A stretch of 64,000 nucleotides of DNA from Candidatus Latescibacterota bacterium (GTDB taxonomy: Bacteria > Latescibacterota > UBA2968 > GCA-2709665), in the NCBI GenBank assembly GCA_965237675.1, contig OZ250150.1:1536001-1600000 (forward strand), written 5' to 3'. The number at the start of each line of letters is the position of its first letter. The first letter of the stretch is position 1. Of this stretch, positions 12,801-23,812 are shown one piece after another. The position numbers and the translations under genes are program-made. A model generated the notes under the pieces. The model was not told where the DNA came from, made no database searches, and was given only the letters and a program-made list of their open reading frames with translations.

Positions 12801-13030
12801 AACCCTCTGAACCGGAGTCTCGCTAACTGGAAAATAGAAGTGGATCGCGAAAGAGGGCGCGTAACCGGTGGGTGGCGGCGTGGCCTTCTCACCTCTACCG
12901 TCTTACGTCTCACGGTTTCAAGGAACCCTCCGAAGGCAGGGAATTTGGGGAGATGTAGAATTGGATTCTGGTTTTCGCTCTTTGCTACAAGGTGTCTGCT
13001 GACCGCTAATAGCTGTTTTTTCTGATCGCT
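9840..13030. repeat. Large intergenic repeat mosaic (three ~900-bp tandem units plus a composite element)
   Basis: GTAGGGGCAACCCTTGTGGTTGCCC at 9873, 10780 and 11673 (periods 907 and 893); each unit has a DUF559 relic and a variable-loop core. Confidence 0.9.
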
Positions 13031-13054
13031 ATTTGTTGCTTTGGGGTTTCTCCA

Positions 13055-13924
13055 ATGGATCGCGTGGTTGAAAACGCCCCGGCCAAGCTCAACCTGGGTC
13101 TGAAAATCCTGGGCCGCCGGGCGGATGGGTATCACGATATCGTTTCCGTGCTTCAGACGGTGGATCTGTGCGACCGGCTGGTGTTCACGCCCGCGGCGCC
13201 CGGGGAAACCCTGATTGTCTGCGACCATCCGGACGTTCCCGAGGGGCCGGAAAACCTCGTCCATCGGGCCGTGGAGATTCTGCGCCGCGCAACGGGGGCC
13301 GACCACGGGGTGCGCGTGGATCTGAACAAACGGATACCGACGGGTGCGGGCCTGGGCGGCGGAAGTTCCGACGCGGCCACGTCCCTGCGGGCGCTGGACC
13401 GGCTCTGGGGACTGCATTTGCATCCGGAAAAATTGGCCGCGCTCGCGGCGGAACTCGGGTCCGACGTCCCGTTCTTTCTCACCGGAGGCACGGCCGTCGT
13501 GACGGGGCGCGGGGAGCGGATCCGGCCCGTCGATTGGGGGGGCGAATTCTGGTACGTGCTGGTGTATCCCGGGTTCCCCGTGTCCACCGCCTGGGCCTAT
13601 CGAAACGTGAGAATTGGCTTGACAGAAACCCGGGCGTATGGTAGATTTCTGGACTTTACGATAAAATCCGGCCGGATCTGCGCTGGCCGATTGTTCGCGT
13701 GCCTGGAAAACGACTTTCTGCCGCTCGTGGAAGCCGCAAGCACCGACGTCGCGCGGATCCTTACGGCGCTGGTCGGCGAGGGGGCGGTCGCATGCTCCCT
13801 TTCGGGCAGCGGATCCACGCTCTTCGGCGTTTTTCGCGAGGCCCGGCAGGCGTCGGCCGCGGTTGCGCTTGTACAGGGCCGCGGGCGTCGGGTCTATCTG
13901 TGTCGTAACCGGCCCCGGGCGTGA
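13055..13924 (+). CDS. ispE: 4-diphosphocytidyl-2-C-methyl-D-erythritol kinase
   Basis: APAKLNLGL..RADGYH, IPTGAGLGGGSSDAA, LGSDVPFF, SGSGST. Confidence 0.95.
   Translation: MDRVVENAPAKLNLGLKILGRRADGYHDIVSVLQTVDLCDRLVFTPAAPGETLIVCDHPDVPEGPENLVHRAVEILRRATGADHGVRVDLNKRIPTGAGLGGGSSDAATSLRALDRLWGLHLHPEKLAALAAELGSDVPFFLTGGTAVVTGRGERIRPVDWGGEFWYVLVYPGFPVSTAWAYRNVRIGLTETRAYGRFLDFTIKSGRICAGRLFACLENDFLPLVEAASTDVARILTALVGEGAVACSLSGSGSTLFGVFREARQASAAVALVQGRGRRVYLCRNRPRA
13619..13647 (+). promoter_or_regulatory. Sigma70-type promoter inside ispE
   Basis: TTGACA-17bp-TAGATT with an extended TG; points toward tRNA-Gln/rplY. Confidence 0.55.
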
Positions 13925-14067
13925 GTTCGGCAGAGCGGCCGGCCTCGTCGGAACCGGATCGGCTGTTGCAACGATATATTATTGTATAGAAAACGACCCC
14001 GGTCGATTGCCGCCTCAATGGAGGTTTGGGGATCGATCGTAGCGCGCACCCGGGTTACCGTATTTGA

Positions 14068-14138
14068 TGCCGGGTCGTCTAAAGGTAAGACAACGGCCTT
14101 TGGAGCCGTCTATCGGGGTTCGAATCCCTGCCCGGCAG
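14068..14138 (+). tRNA. tRNA-Gln(TTG), CCA not encoded
   Basis: Acceptor stem TGCCGGG/CCCGGCA, anticodon arm ACGGC-CTTTGGA-GCCGT, T-loop GTTCGAATC; usual position after ispE. Confidence 0.95.
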
Positions 14139-14172
14139 TTTAAAGTCGCACCGTTCAGTGGAGGATCAGTCA

Positions 14173-14859
14173 ATGGCTGACAATAACGGCGTAAGGCTGC
14201 AGGCCGAAGTACGCACGGGAACCGGAAAGGGCGAGGCCAAGCGCATCCGGCGTACCGGAAGGATACCGGCGGTGGTCTATGGGGACCGGAGCGCGCCCGT
14301 CACCTGTTCGGTCGACGCGAAGGCGTTATCAACGGTCTTGCACGAACACGGGCGGAATACGCTTCTGTCCCTGGTTCTGGGCAACGGCGAGAGCGAATCC
14401 GAAAACACCGCCATTGTCAAAGATCTTCAACACCACCCGATCGGCGACCACGTCCTCCACGTGGATTTTTACCGGATTTCGCTCACCCAGAAAATCGTTG
14501 TGGAAGTGCGCATCGAGCCCGAAGGCATTCCGGCCGGCGTCCGTGCGGAGAGCGGTATTCTGGAGCAGTTGCTGCACCATGTGGAGGTGTCCTGCCTGCC
14601 CGGCGAGATTCCGGAACGCATCGGGTACGAGGTTACGAATCTGAATATCGGAGATTCGGTGCATGTGTCCGATCTGAGCGTGACGGCCAACGTGGAGATC
14701 GTTGCCGAGGGCGACCGGTCCGTGTTCGTGGTGGTTCCGCCAACCGTGGCCCCGGTCGTAGAGGAAGAGGAAGAGGAAGAGGACATGGAGGCCGAGGCCG
14801 AGATGCAGGAACCCGAGGTGATCGAACGCGGCAAACGCGAGGAAGACGAGGACGAATAG
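14173..14859 (+). CDS. rplY: 50S ribosomal protein bL25/Ctc
   Basis: GKGEAKRIRR.GRIPAVVYG, HVDFYRI, acidic tail; GGAGG SD upstream of the ATG. Confidence 0.95.
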   Translation: MADNNGVRLQAEVRTGTGKGEAKRIRRTGRIPAVVYGDRSAPVTCSVDAKALSTVLHEHGRNTLLSLVLGNGESESENTAIVKDLQHHPIGDHVLHVDFYRISLTQKIVVEVRIEPEGIPAGVRAESGILEQLLHHVEVSCLPGEIPERIGYEVTNLNIGDSVHVSDLSVTANVEIVAEGDRSVFVVVPPTVAPVVEEEEEEEDMEAEAEMQEPEVIERGKREEDEDE

Positions 14860-14956
14860 CGGTGTGCCGACGTGTCGCAAAATGCGACACCTGGGGCCGC
14901 GGGGAGGTCTTCTTGCGTCTCACGTGTTGCTTCTTGCCGCATGAAGGCGGTGCGGA

Positions 14957-15523
14957 GTGACAGCTAAGGTTGTCGTGGGTCTGGGCAACCCGGGTTCCGA
15001 ATACGCTCATACCCGCCACAACCTGGGCTTTCGGGTGGTCGATCTGCTGGCGGGAAGGTTGAAGGGAACCTGGTCGGAAAGCACCTGGTATTTTTTTTGC
15101 CGGATCGCGACGGGTTCCGAGACGCTGGTGCTCGTGAAACCGACCACTTTCATGAATCGAAGCGGCGTTGCGGTTACAGACGTTCTGGATCGATTCGAAG
15201 CCGATGTCGAGGACGTTCTGGTGGTGGTGGACGACGTCCACCTCGACCTGGGCCGGATCCGGTTGCGGCGCGGGGGCAGCGACGGGGGGCACAACGGGCT
15301 GCGGTCGATTATCGATTGCGTCGGGTCCGCCGCGTTTCCCAGGCTGCGACTGGGTATCGGCGCACCGCCGGAGGGTACGGACCGGATCGGGCACGTTCTG
15401 AGCGCGTTAGAAGCCGGAGAATACGACACGGTCGAGGCGGCGATTCGCGAAGCGGCCAGCGGTGTGAGATGCTGGATGGAATCCGGAATAGACGTGGCGA
15501 TGAATCGGTATAATTCACTGTAG
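14957..15523 (+). CDS. pth: Peptidyl-tRNA hydrolase
   Basis: VVGLGNPG..Y..TRHNLGF, KPTTFMN.SG, GGHNGLRSI. Confidence 0.96.
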   Translation: MTAKVVVGLGNPGSEYAHTRHNLGFRVVDLLAGRLKGTWSESTWYFFCRIATGSETLVLVKPTTFMNRSGVAVTDVLDRFEADVEDVLVVVDDVHLDLGRIRLRRGGSDGGHNGLRSIIDCVGSAAFPRLRLGIGAPPEGTDRIGHVLSALEAGEYDTVEAAIREAASGVRCWMESGIDVAMNRYNSL

Positions 15524-16930
15524 GAGCAACCCTCACGGCCGCTCCCCGGGAGCGCGGGCGTCTCGCCCGCATGGCGCCGACGTCGCATTTGTAGGGGCAA
15601 CCCTTGTGGTTGCCCGCATCACGACGCTGACATCCGTGATAATGATATCGCCAGGCCATATTGAAAGCCGGTTTTAGCTCACTGCTGATGGCTGACATCA
15701 GAGCCAAATTCTTAAATATTATTTTTCCTCGCCCTTTTTCTTGTACGCCCAAGAATCGGCTGGAAGCAAGAGGGAAGACGTGGGAAGGGTTGGTAACATT
15801 GTCGGATGACACCCCCGCACAATGGCTTGTCGAGCCGTTGAGGAAGCGTGTGTGAAGGTGGGGCAGACATTCCTGTCTGCCCATCTCGTGTTTACGCAAC
15901 ACTTCGTTCGACTCCCCCTCTCCTCGCAGGAGAGGGGGCCGGGGGGAGAGGTCCTTCTGCCGGAATGCAGACAGAAGAAAGGGTTGCGCCGACGTCAGCA
16001 TTTGTAGGGGCAACCCTTGTGGTTACCCGCGTCAGGGCGATGTTATCGGTAATGGTCTTCGCCAGGCCATATTGCAACGGACTCTCGCCGAGTTGAAGTT
16101 GACCGCTCATCTTCCGAAAGCCAGTCAGTTCTCGATCGCGAGCCCTGTCCGGAGGACCACCAGAGCAGAGCGCGCGGTTCCGTCCATCTCGGAGATCGGG
16201 TACCCGCCCTCGCAGGTAGGGCAACGGGTCGTGTGCATCCTGTGAGGGTGTTCGCGCTGTGTATATGGCAGGCTCCGCCTGCCTGTGCGTTGCCGCACGC
16301 AGACAGGCGCCTGGCGGCGACTTTTAAAAGCGGTAAGAAGCAAGAAGGTAGAAGGGTTAATAACTTTGTCATATGAAACCCTCTGAACCGGAGTCTCGCT
16401 AACTGGAAAATAGAAGTGGATCGCGAAAGAGGGCGCGTAACCGGTGGGTGGCGGCGTGGCCTTCTCACCTCTCCCGTCTTTCGTCTCACGGTTTCAAGGA
16501 ACCCTCCGGAGGCAGGGAATTTGAGGAGAGGTTGTGATTTTGGAGTAAAATTCTTATTTATTATTTTCTTCGCCCTTTTTCTTGTACGCCCAAGAAAAAG
16601 GGCCAAAAAGAACGGCGCCGCTCAAACGCCGCGGGGCTGCTTTTCCGCAAATCGCCTCAACAGTGTCGACAGGCTTTGGTGCCCTTTGTCCCTTCCATCC
16701 GTTCCTGAACCATGGTGGTGGACGGATTAGCGCGGAAAAGCCCCGTCACCACCACCGGGCGGGCGTGAGGCAGATCGGGAAGGACCGCCACGCGGATTGG
16801 CTTCGAACCGCAGGTGTCGCATTTGTAGGGGCAACCCTTGTGGTTACCCGCGTCAGGGCGATGTTATCGGTAATGGTCTTCGCCAGGCCATATTGCAACG
16901 GACTCTCGCCGGGTTTAAGCTGATTCCTGT
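15520..16930. repeat. Intergenic repeat mosaic between pth and hppA
   Basis: REP palindromes, B-type core 16166-16261, A-type core 16641-16739; modules shared with the other mosaics. Confidence 0.88.
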
Positions 16931-17010
16931 TTTTCCCCTTGTGTCTTCGTGTGAGTTGATTGTCGACTTTCCTGCTGTATGCTGACTGCTGCTTTTTCAG
17001 GAGGATTCTT

Positions 17011-19038
17011 ATGGTCTGGACGCCAATAGTCTGGACGCCAATCTTTGGGATTGCCGGGTTGCTGGTCGCCGGGCTGATTTACTTGAGAATTGCCCGTAAA
17101 CCGGCCGGAACGGATCGGATGCGAGAGATTTCGGATGCCATCCACGAAGGCGCCATGGCGTTCTTGAAACGCGAATACGTGGTTCTGGCGGTTTTCATCG
17201 TGGCGGTTTTCATCTTGCTTTCGATCGGGATCAGGCCGTTCAGCACGGCGTTCGCGTTCCTGGCCGGCGCAATCTGTTCCATCGGCGCCGGTTTTTTCGG
17301 TATGAAGGCGGCCACCAAGGCCAACGTGCGCACCGCGTATGCCGCCAACCGCGAGGGCCAGGCAGAGGCCCTGGGCGTGGCTTTCTCCGGCGGAACGGTG
17401 ATGGGCCTCTCGGTGGCCAGCCTCGGGCTGTTGGGCGTGGGCGTGCTGTTCCTCCTGTTCGGTAATGCGGACCAGGCCGTGGTCATCAACGGATTCGCCA
17501 TGGGCGCCAGTTCCATCGCCCTGTTCGCGCGTGTGGGCGGCGGTATCTATACCAAAACGGCCGACGTGGGGGCCGACCTGGTCGGCAAGGTGGAGGCCGG
17601 CATTCCCGAGGACGACCCGCGCAACCCCGCGGCGCTCGCCGATTTCGTGGGCGACAACGTGGGCGACGTGGCCGGGATGGGGGCCGATATCTTCGAGTCC
17701 TACGTGGGATCGATCGTGGCAACCATCGCCATCGCGGCCACGGCCGGGCCGGCCCTGATGGACACGTTGGCCGGCAGTTCCGTGTATGCCGACGCGGCCG
17801 TGAAACTGACGGCTATGCAACTGCCGCTTATCGTGGCCACGATCGGCCTGGTGGCATCGCTGATCGGCATGTTGTCCATGCCGGTCCTGCAGCGTTTCAA
17901 TCCCGCGTCCGCCCTTCGCTACGCTTCGTTCGTGGCCGCCATCGTCATGTTCGCCGGCAGCTATTTCGCGGTGGACGGCTTGGGGCTCTCCGAAGGCGTG
18001 TTCTGGGCGATTCTGCTGGGCGGCCTCACCGGCATTCTGATTGGCCTGCTCACCGAATATTACACCGGCGGCCCACCGGTCAGAAGGGTGGCCGAAGCCT
18101 CTGAAACCGGGCCCGCCACCAATATCATCTCGGGCCTGGCCATCGGCATGCAGAGCACGTTTCTGCCCGTACTGGCCATCTGCGCCGCCATCGGGTTCGC
18201 CCATCATTTCGCCGGGCTTTACGGCATCGGCATCGCGGCCGTGGGGATGCTGGCAACCGTGGGCATCACCATGGCGGTGGACGCGTACGGGCCCATCGCG
18301 GACAACGCGGGCGGCATTTCCGAAATGGCGGAACTCGGACCCGAAACCCGGAAGATCACGGACGGCCTGGACGCGCTGGGCAACACCACGGCGGCCATCG
18401 GCAAGGGCTTCGCCATCGGATCGGCGGCTCTGACGGCCCTGGCCCTCTTCTCGGCCTACGCCTCGACCGTGAAACTGGAGGTGATCAACCTCACCTCGCC
18501 GATGGTGGTGATCGGCCTTTTCATCGGTGGTTCCATCCCGTTCCTCGTCGCCGCCCAGACCATGACCTCGGTGGGGCGGGCGGCCTTCCGGATGGTGGAA
18601 GAGGTCCGGCGGCAGTTCCGGGAGATTCCCGGGTTGATGGAAGGCACCGGCAAACCCGATACCCGGCGCTGCGTGGATATCAGTACGGTCGCGGCGCTGC
18701 GGGAAATGGTGCCGCCCGGGGTCGTTGCCTTGCTCACGCCCGTGCTGGTCGGATTCATCCTCGGCAAGGAAGCGCTCGGCGGCATGCTGGCCGGCGCCCT
18801 GTTGAGCGGCATGCTGATGGCGCTGATGATGGCCAACAGCGGCGGCGTGCTGGATAACGGAAAGAAATACATCGAGGACGGCCACTTCGGCGGCAAGGGG
18901 TCCGAAGCCCACATGGCCTCGGTGGTCGGCGACACCGTGGGGGATCCGCTGAAGGACACCTCCGGCCCCTCGCTCAACATATTGATCAAATTGATGTCCG
19001 TCGTCTCGCTCGTGCTTGCACCGCTATTGATCGACTGA
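17011..19038 (+). CDS. hppA: Membrane pyrophosphatase, K+-dependent, probably Na+-translocating
   Basis: [29 protein letters not shown]-like motif, [16 protein letters not shown]; AGGAGG SD before ATG 17011. Confidence 0.93.
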   Translation: MVWTPIVWTPIFGIAGLLVAGLIYLRIARKPAGTDRMREISDAIHEGAMAFLKREYVVLAVFIVAVFILLSIGIRPFSTAFAFLAGAICSIGAGFFGMKAATKANVRTAYAANREGQAEALGVAFSGGTVMGLSVASLGLLGVGVLFLLFGNADQAVVINGFAMGASSIALFARVGGGIYTKTADVGADLVGKVEAGIPEDDPRNPAALADFVGDNVGDVAGMGADIFESYVGSIVATIAIAATAGPALMDTLAGSSVYADAAVKLTAMQLPLIVATIGLVASLIGMLSMPVLQRFNPASALRYASFVAAIVMFAGSYFAVDGLGLSEGVFWAILLGGLTGILIGLLTEYYTGGPPVRRVAEASETGPATNIISGLAIGMQSTFLPVLAICAAIGFAHHFAGLYGIGIAAVGMLATVGITMAVDAYGPIADNAGGISEMAELGPETRKITDGLDALGNTTAAIGKGFAIGSAALTALALFSAYASTVKLEVINLTSPMVVIGLFIGGSIPFLVAAQTMTSVGRAAFRMVEEVRRQFREIPGLMEGTGKPDTRRCVDISTVAALREMVPPGVVALLTPVLVGFILGKEALGGMLAGALLSGMLMALMMANSGGVLDNGKKYIEDGHFGGKGSEAHMASVVGDTVGDPLKDTSGPSLNILIKLMSVVSLVLAPLLID

Positions 19039-19049
19039 TATAATAACAC

Positions 19050-20200
19050 GGCCGGTTCGCAGGATTCCCTGGCGCCGCGTCGTCGTTGCATTTTGCAGGA
19101 GCAACCCTTGTGGTTGCCCGCATCAAGGCGCTGACATCCGTGATTATGATATCGCCAGACCATATTGCAAGCCGGTTTTAGCTGACCGCTGTCAGCTCGA
19201 CGTTGAAAAGCCAGTCGGTTCTCGATCGCGAGCCCTGTCCGGAGGACCACCAGAGCAGAGCGCGCGGTTCCGTCCAGGGCCGAGTACCGATGTTCTTCCG
19301 TGGTTGGCAGGGCAGAGGATCATGTGCATCTCGTGAGGGGATTCGCGCTGTGCATAAGTACGGCCCCGCGCCCAGCGGCGACTTTTGGTTCCTTTTGGTC
19401 GGTTCAAAAGGAACTCGCCGAAGGCAGGTAATTTGGGGAGAGGTTGTGATTTTGGAGTAAAATTCTTATTTATTATTTTTTACGCCCTTTTTCTTTCTCG
19501 CCCAAGAAAAAGGGCCAAAAAGAACGGCGCTGCTCAGACGCCGCAGGGCTGGTTTTTCCGCGAAACGCCTCAGTGGAGAAATCGTGAGACATTGCCCTGA
19601 GACCGCCTGAGCATACACGGGACAATAGTGTTGGACGGAATAGCGCGGAAAAACCCCCCACGCCACCACCGGGCGGGTTAGTGAAACGCGAAGGACCGGA
19701 AAAAAGAACATCTCCCTCGCGTTCCGAAAGCAAAATGGGACTGGACGGCAAAGCCCGTCTGGAGGATAACCAAAGCAGAGCGCGCGGTTCCGTCTCGCAC
19801 GGAGTACCCAATTTCTTCCGTGTTTGGCAGGGCACCGGCTTTGTTGCGTCCGCCGTCGAGATTCGCGCTGTGTATAAGTACGGCCCCGCGCCCAGCGGCG
19901 ACTTTTAAAAGCGGTAAGAAGCAAGAGGCAAGAAGGTAGAAGGGTTAATAACTTTGTCATATGAAACCCTCTGAACCGGAGTCTCGCTAACTGGAAAATA
20001 GAAGTGGATCGCGAAAGAGGGCGCGTAACCGGTGGGTGGCGGCGTGGCCTTCTCACCTCTCCCGTCTTTCGTCTCACGGTTTTAAGGAACCCTCCGGAGG
20101 CAGGGAATTTGGGGAGAGGTTGTGGTTTTGAATTTGTCTTTTGCTTATAGCTGACCGCTGTACACTGACTGCTGACCGCTGAAAGCTGTTTCCCATTCAC
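19050..20200. repeat. Intergenic repeat mosaic between hppA and rpsF
   Basis: B cores at 19256-19352 and 19776-19872, A core at 19554-19652; same layout as 12320-12950. Confidence 0.88.
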
Positions 20201-20258
20201 CCCGCTCGAGGCCGCCCGGTCGGGCCGCCTTCGGGCCACACGTCCAAGGGGAGGTTCC

Positions 20259-20621
20259 ATGGCAAAACGTTACGAACTCACGATCATCGTCAATACCCAG
20301 GCGCCGGAAGGCGGTGTGGACCGCATCGTCGCGGGTTTCGAACGCCTGCTTTCGGAGAACGGCGGCAGCACGGTCAACGTCAACCGTCTGGGCACGCGCA
20401 AGCTGGCGTACGAAATCGGCAAACAGCAGCGCGGCGACTACACGTTCATCCGCTTCGAGACCTCGCCGGACGTCCTTCCCGAGGTGGACAGGATGTTCAA
20501 ACTGGACGAATCCGTGCTGCGGCACATGGTCGTCCTGGACGAGACCCCCGTGGAGGAAGAACCGGAAGCGGCCGAAGAAGACGAAAACACGGATTCAGAC
20601 GCGAAAAAGGAGGGCGCATGA
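20259..20621 (+). CDS. rpsF: 30S ribosomal protein bS6
   Basis: YELTII, LG.RKLAYEI, SVLRHM. Confidence 0.95.
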   Translation: MAKRYELTIIVNTQAPEGGVDRIVAGFERLLSENGGSTVNVNRLGTRKLAYEIGKQQRGDYTFIRFETSPDVLPEVDRMFKLDESVLRHMVVLDETPVEEEPEAAEEDENTDSDAKKEGA

Positions 20622-20706
20622 ACCGGTCCAAACAACGCGAAAAAGGAGGGCGCACGAACGGGCCCAATATACGCGAAAAAGGTGGGCGCATGAACCGGCC
20701 CAGTAT
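20599..20706 (+). repeat. 3 x 36-bp tandem repeat spanning the rpsF stop and the rpsR SD/start
   Basis: ACGCGAAAAAGG(A/T)GGGCGCA(T/C)GAAC... at 20599, 20635 and 20671. Confidence 0.9.
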
Positions 20707-20914
20707 AAAGGTTTGCAGATTTTGTGAAGACAAGGCGTTGACGATCGATTACAAGGACGTGCGGATGCTCCAGCGGTTCGTGACGGAACGGGGAAAGATT
20801 ATCCCCCGGCGCGTGTCGGGTACCTGCGCCAGGCACCAGCGCATCCTCACCCGGAATCTCAAGCGCGCCCGCCAGATCGCGCTGTTGCCCTTTACAACAG
20901 ACAACATGAATTAG
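20618..20914 (+). CDS. rpsR: 30S ribosomal protein bS18 (Zn-binding type); alternative start at 20690
   Basis: [41 protein letters not shown]. Confidence 0.95.
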   Translation: MNRSKQREKGGRTNGPNIREKGGRMNRPSIKVCRFCEDKALTIDYKDVRMLQRFVTERGKIIPRRVSGTCARHQRILTRNLKRARQIALLPFTTDNMN

Positions 20915-21820
20915 AGTGGAAAGAGGTAAGAAGTAAGAGGCAAGAGGTGTTGGTAACTTTGTCACATGAGACGTCCGCAACCGGACTCTCGCAATATTCA
21001 AAAAGAAGCGGATTACGAAAGGGGGCGCGAGACTGGTGGGTTGGGGTGTGGTCCTCTCACTTCTCTCGTCTTTCCTCTTACGGCTTTTTTTGGAACTGCG
21101 TTTCGGGCAGACACTGGCATTTCTACTCTCTTCATCCTTTTTTCTTTTTCCTCGCCCTTTTTCTTGTACGCCCAAGAAAAAGGGCCAAAAAGAACGGCGC
21201 CGCTCAAACGCCGCGGGGCTGCTTTTCCGCGAAACGCGTCGGTGGCGGTGAACGGAGGAGGTGGCCTAAGAGCCTCTAAAGAGTTCCTGTACGCAGGCGT
21301 GGGACGGATTGGCGCGGAAAAGCCCCATCTCCGCCACCGTGCGCGCGAGACGTTGACCGGTAAGGCCCTCCGAGCGGGTTTGCGATTGTACCGCTTTTCG
21401 CTGTCTGCAGCTTGCGGTTTTTTCCTTTGTGTTTTTGTGTGAGGCGGTGTTTTCGTGGGTACAGGCGGGCGACCGGCCGGTCGCCCCTACCAAAACCAGG
21501 TATCCGCGAATTGACATCGCCGGTCCGTATCGCTAACCCTCCCCCTCTCCCCGTGGGAGAGGGGGCCGGGGGGTGAGGGACTTGGGGCCGATGTGGATTG
21601 GCATCGCCAGGCCGTATGGCAATCTGCCTTTTGCTTTTCGTTCTTAGCTGACCGCTGATAGCTTTCTGCTGCTTTCGTCGATGCTGCTGCCCGCTACAAA
21701 TATATCGGGGTTAACTCCCCCTTTCCTTTAGGAGAGGGGGCCGGGGGGAGAGGTCCCGCTTTTTTTTGCCTTTTGTTGTAAGCTGACTGCTGACCGCTGA
21801 TAGCTGTTCGCTATATAATT
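20915..21820. repeat. Repeat mosaic between rpsR and rplI
   Basis: A core at 21223-21321; 21302-21590 is identical to 22668-22956. Confidence 0.88.
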
Positions 21821-21867
21821 AATGTAAAACGCCAGATGGCCATCGCGCCGAACGAAAGGGAACCACC

Positions 21868-22311
21868 ATGAAGGTTATATTGACGGAAGAACTGAACAAC
21901 CTTGGCCGGGCCGGATCCGTTGTGGTCGTCAAGGACGGCTACGCCCGGAACTACCTCATCCCCCGGAAACTTGCCCTGGCGGCCAGCAAGGGAAACATGA
22001 ATGTCTACGAGGAACTCAAGCGCCAGAAAGAGGCCGGCAACACCCGCGCCCAGCGCGAGGCCGCGGCCCTCTCGAGGAAACTCGAAAAGGCATCCTGCAC
22101 CATTCCCGTGGCCGTGGGCAAGGAAGACCAGATCTTCGGCTCCGTGACGGCGCAGCACATTTCCGATCAACTCGTGGAGCAGGGCTTCGAGATCGACAGG
22201 CGGTGGATCGAACTCGAGGAACCCATCCGAGCGCTCGGGGTCTACGACGTGTCCGTCCGGCTCCATGCCGAAGTACGCGCAACCGTGAAGGTGTGGGTGG
22301 TGAAGGAATAA
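21868..22311 (+). CDS. rplI: 50S ribosomal protein bL9
   Basis: MKVIL..LG..G.VV.VKDGYARNYLIP, FGSVT. Confidence 0.97.
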   Translation: MKVILTEELNNLGRAGSVVVVKDGYARNYLIPRKLALAASKGNMNVYEELKRQKEAGNTRAQREAAALSRKLEKASCTIPVAVGKEDQIFGSVTAQHISDQLVEQGFEIDRRWIELEEPIRALGVYDVSVRLHAEVRATVKVWVVKE

Positions 22312-22319
22312 CCCGGCTT

Positions 22320-23150
22320 TTGACGTCTCAGGTTTGGTTTTCGCTTCTCGCTGTATGGTTTTCGATTTTTGCTTCAAGCTGACTGCTGACCGCTGATAGC
22401 TGTTTCCAGGGAATAGCACGTCATCGGCATACAAAAGCAGTGGGGAAAGACGGATGGTGGGTCTTGTTCAAGGCCCATGAGACGTTTTTCCTCCTTTCTT
22501 TTTGTTTTTTATTCATTTACGCCCTTTTTCTTTCTCGCCAAAGAAAAAGGGCCAAAAAGAACGGCGCCGCTCAGACGCCGCGGGGCTGCTTTTCCGCGAA
22601 CCACCTCGGTGTCGGAACAGGCGTCTGTGCCCTACGTACCCATATGACCACACAGCGCTCCGGTGCTGGACGGATTGGCGCGGAAAAGCCCCATCTCCGC
22701 CACCGTGCGCGCGAGACGTTGACCGGTAAGGCCCTCCGAGCGGGTTTGCGATTGTACCGCTTTTCGCTGTCTGCAGCTTGCGGTTTTTTCCTTTGTGTTT
22801 TTGTGTGAGGCGGTGTTTTCGTGGGTACAGGCGGGCGACCGGCCGGTCGCCCCTACCAAAACCAGGTATCCGCGAATTGACATCGCCGGTCCGTATCGCT
22901 AACCCTCCCCCTCTCCCCGTGGGAGAGGGGGCCGGGGGGTGAGGGACTTGGGGCCGGGGGGAGAGGTCCCGCGCGGTCGTTGCATTTGTAGGGGCGACCG
23001 CTGGGTCGCCCGGTTCGTGGCGCGCATATCGCTGATTGACATCGCCATGCCATATCGCTAACCCTCCCCCTTTCCTTTAGGAGAGGGGGCCGGGGGGAGA
23101 GGTCGTGAATTTGGTTTTCGCTTTTGCTTCAAGCTGATTGCTGATTTCTT
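22320..23150. repeat. Repeat mosaic downstream of rplI
   Basis: A core at 22590-22687, REP palindromes, heptamers. Confidence 0.85.
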
Positions 23151-23174
23151 TCACATATGTGAAAGAAAATTTCG

Positions 23175-23812
23175 ATCGTTCCGAGTCATTCACCGCCCGA
23201 TGCCTCACGCCTTGAGTCTCTTTATAGGCTGAGGCATTATCTGTATATGCTGTAACGTTTTTGTCCGTATGTCGCGCCACAAAGCCCCGCCAATAGCTTC
23301 TGCAACCTCAGCGTCAACCCTATTGGTCTGCCCCGTCCCACCCTCCCACAACTAGGGTGAATTATTCGCAAAGAGTTGTGGTGTTCTTGAATAAGAGGTT
23401 GTTTTTCAATAAATTAAGAGTAGGGAATCACGACAACTCTTGAAGTTGTGGGATCGGGTTGGCAAAAGTGATGTCGTACAGTCGTATGATGGACGGATTC
23501 ATCGCTATAACCCGGAATAGGGAGCATGCTTCCTGCTTTTCGTTTTTATCCCTTCCATCCTGTCCATCCATGTAAATTCCGGTTTCTGAATTTTTAAGGC
23601 TGGGGTCTTGCCTGCAGTGCCGCGTCCAGCGTTCGGCTTCTTGCTGGCATGTTTTTTGCGTTCCTTGCCGCCAATGGTGGTTTCCTCTACCGGACCCTCA
23701 AAGAGCCCGTTGGTTGCTGAGCCTGTCGAAGCATCGGCGCATGCCTCGCGGATGCGGAGCGCCATGTGCCACTCGGTCTTCTGAGTTACGCCAATGTCCC
23801 GGTGCAATTTCA
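23175..23812 (-). pseudogene. Degenerate IS1595-family transposase fragments
   Basis: KLHRDIGVTQKTEWHM..RIREA, LFEGPVE.T.IGGKERKKH, then TNRVDAEV and YTDNASAY fragments; frameshifted and interrupted by repeat DNA at ~23345-23595. Confidence 0.8.

Noticed and set aside
9530-13030. Many 60-350 aa ORFs in this and the other repeat mosaics
   Set aside because: They recur in all frames and strands as translations of palindromic repeats, without SD or protein motifs, apart from the noted DUF559/RAYT relics.
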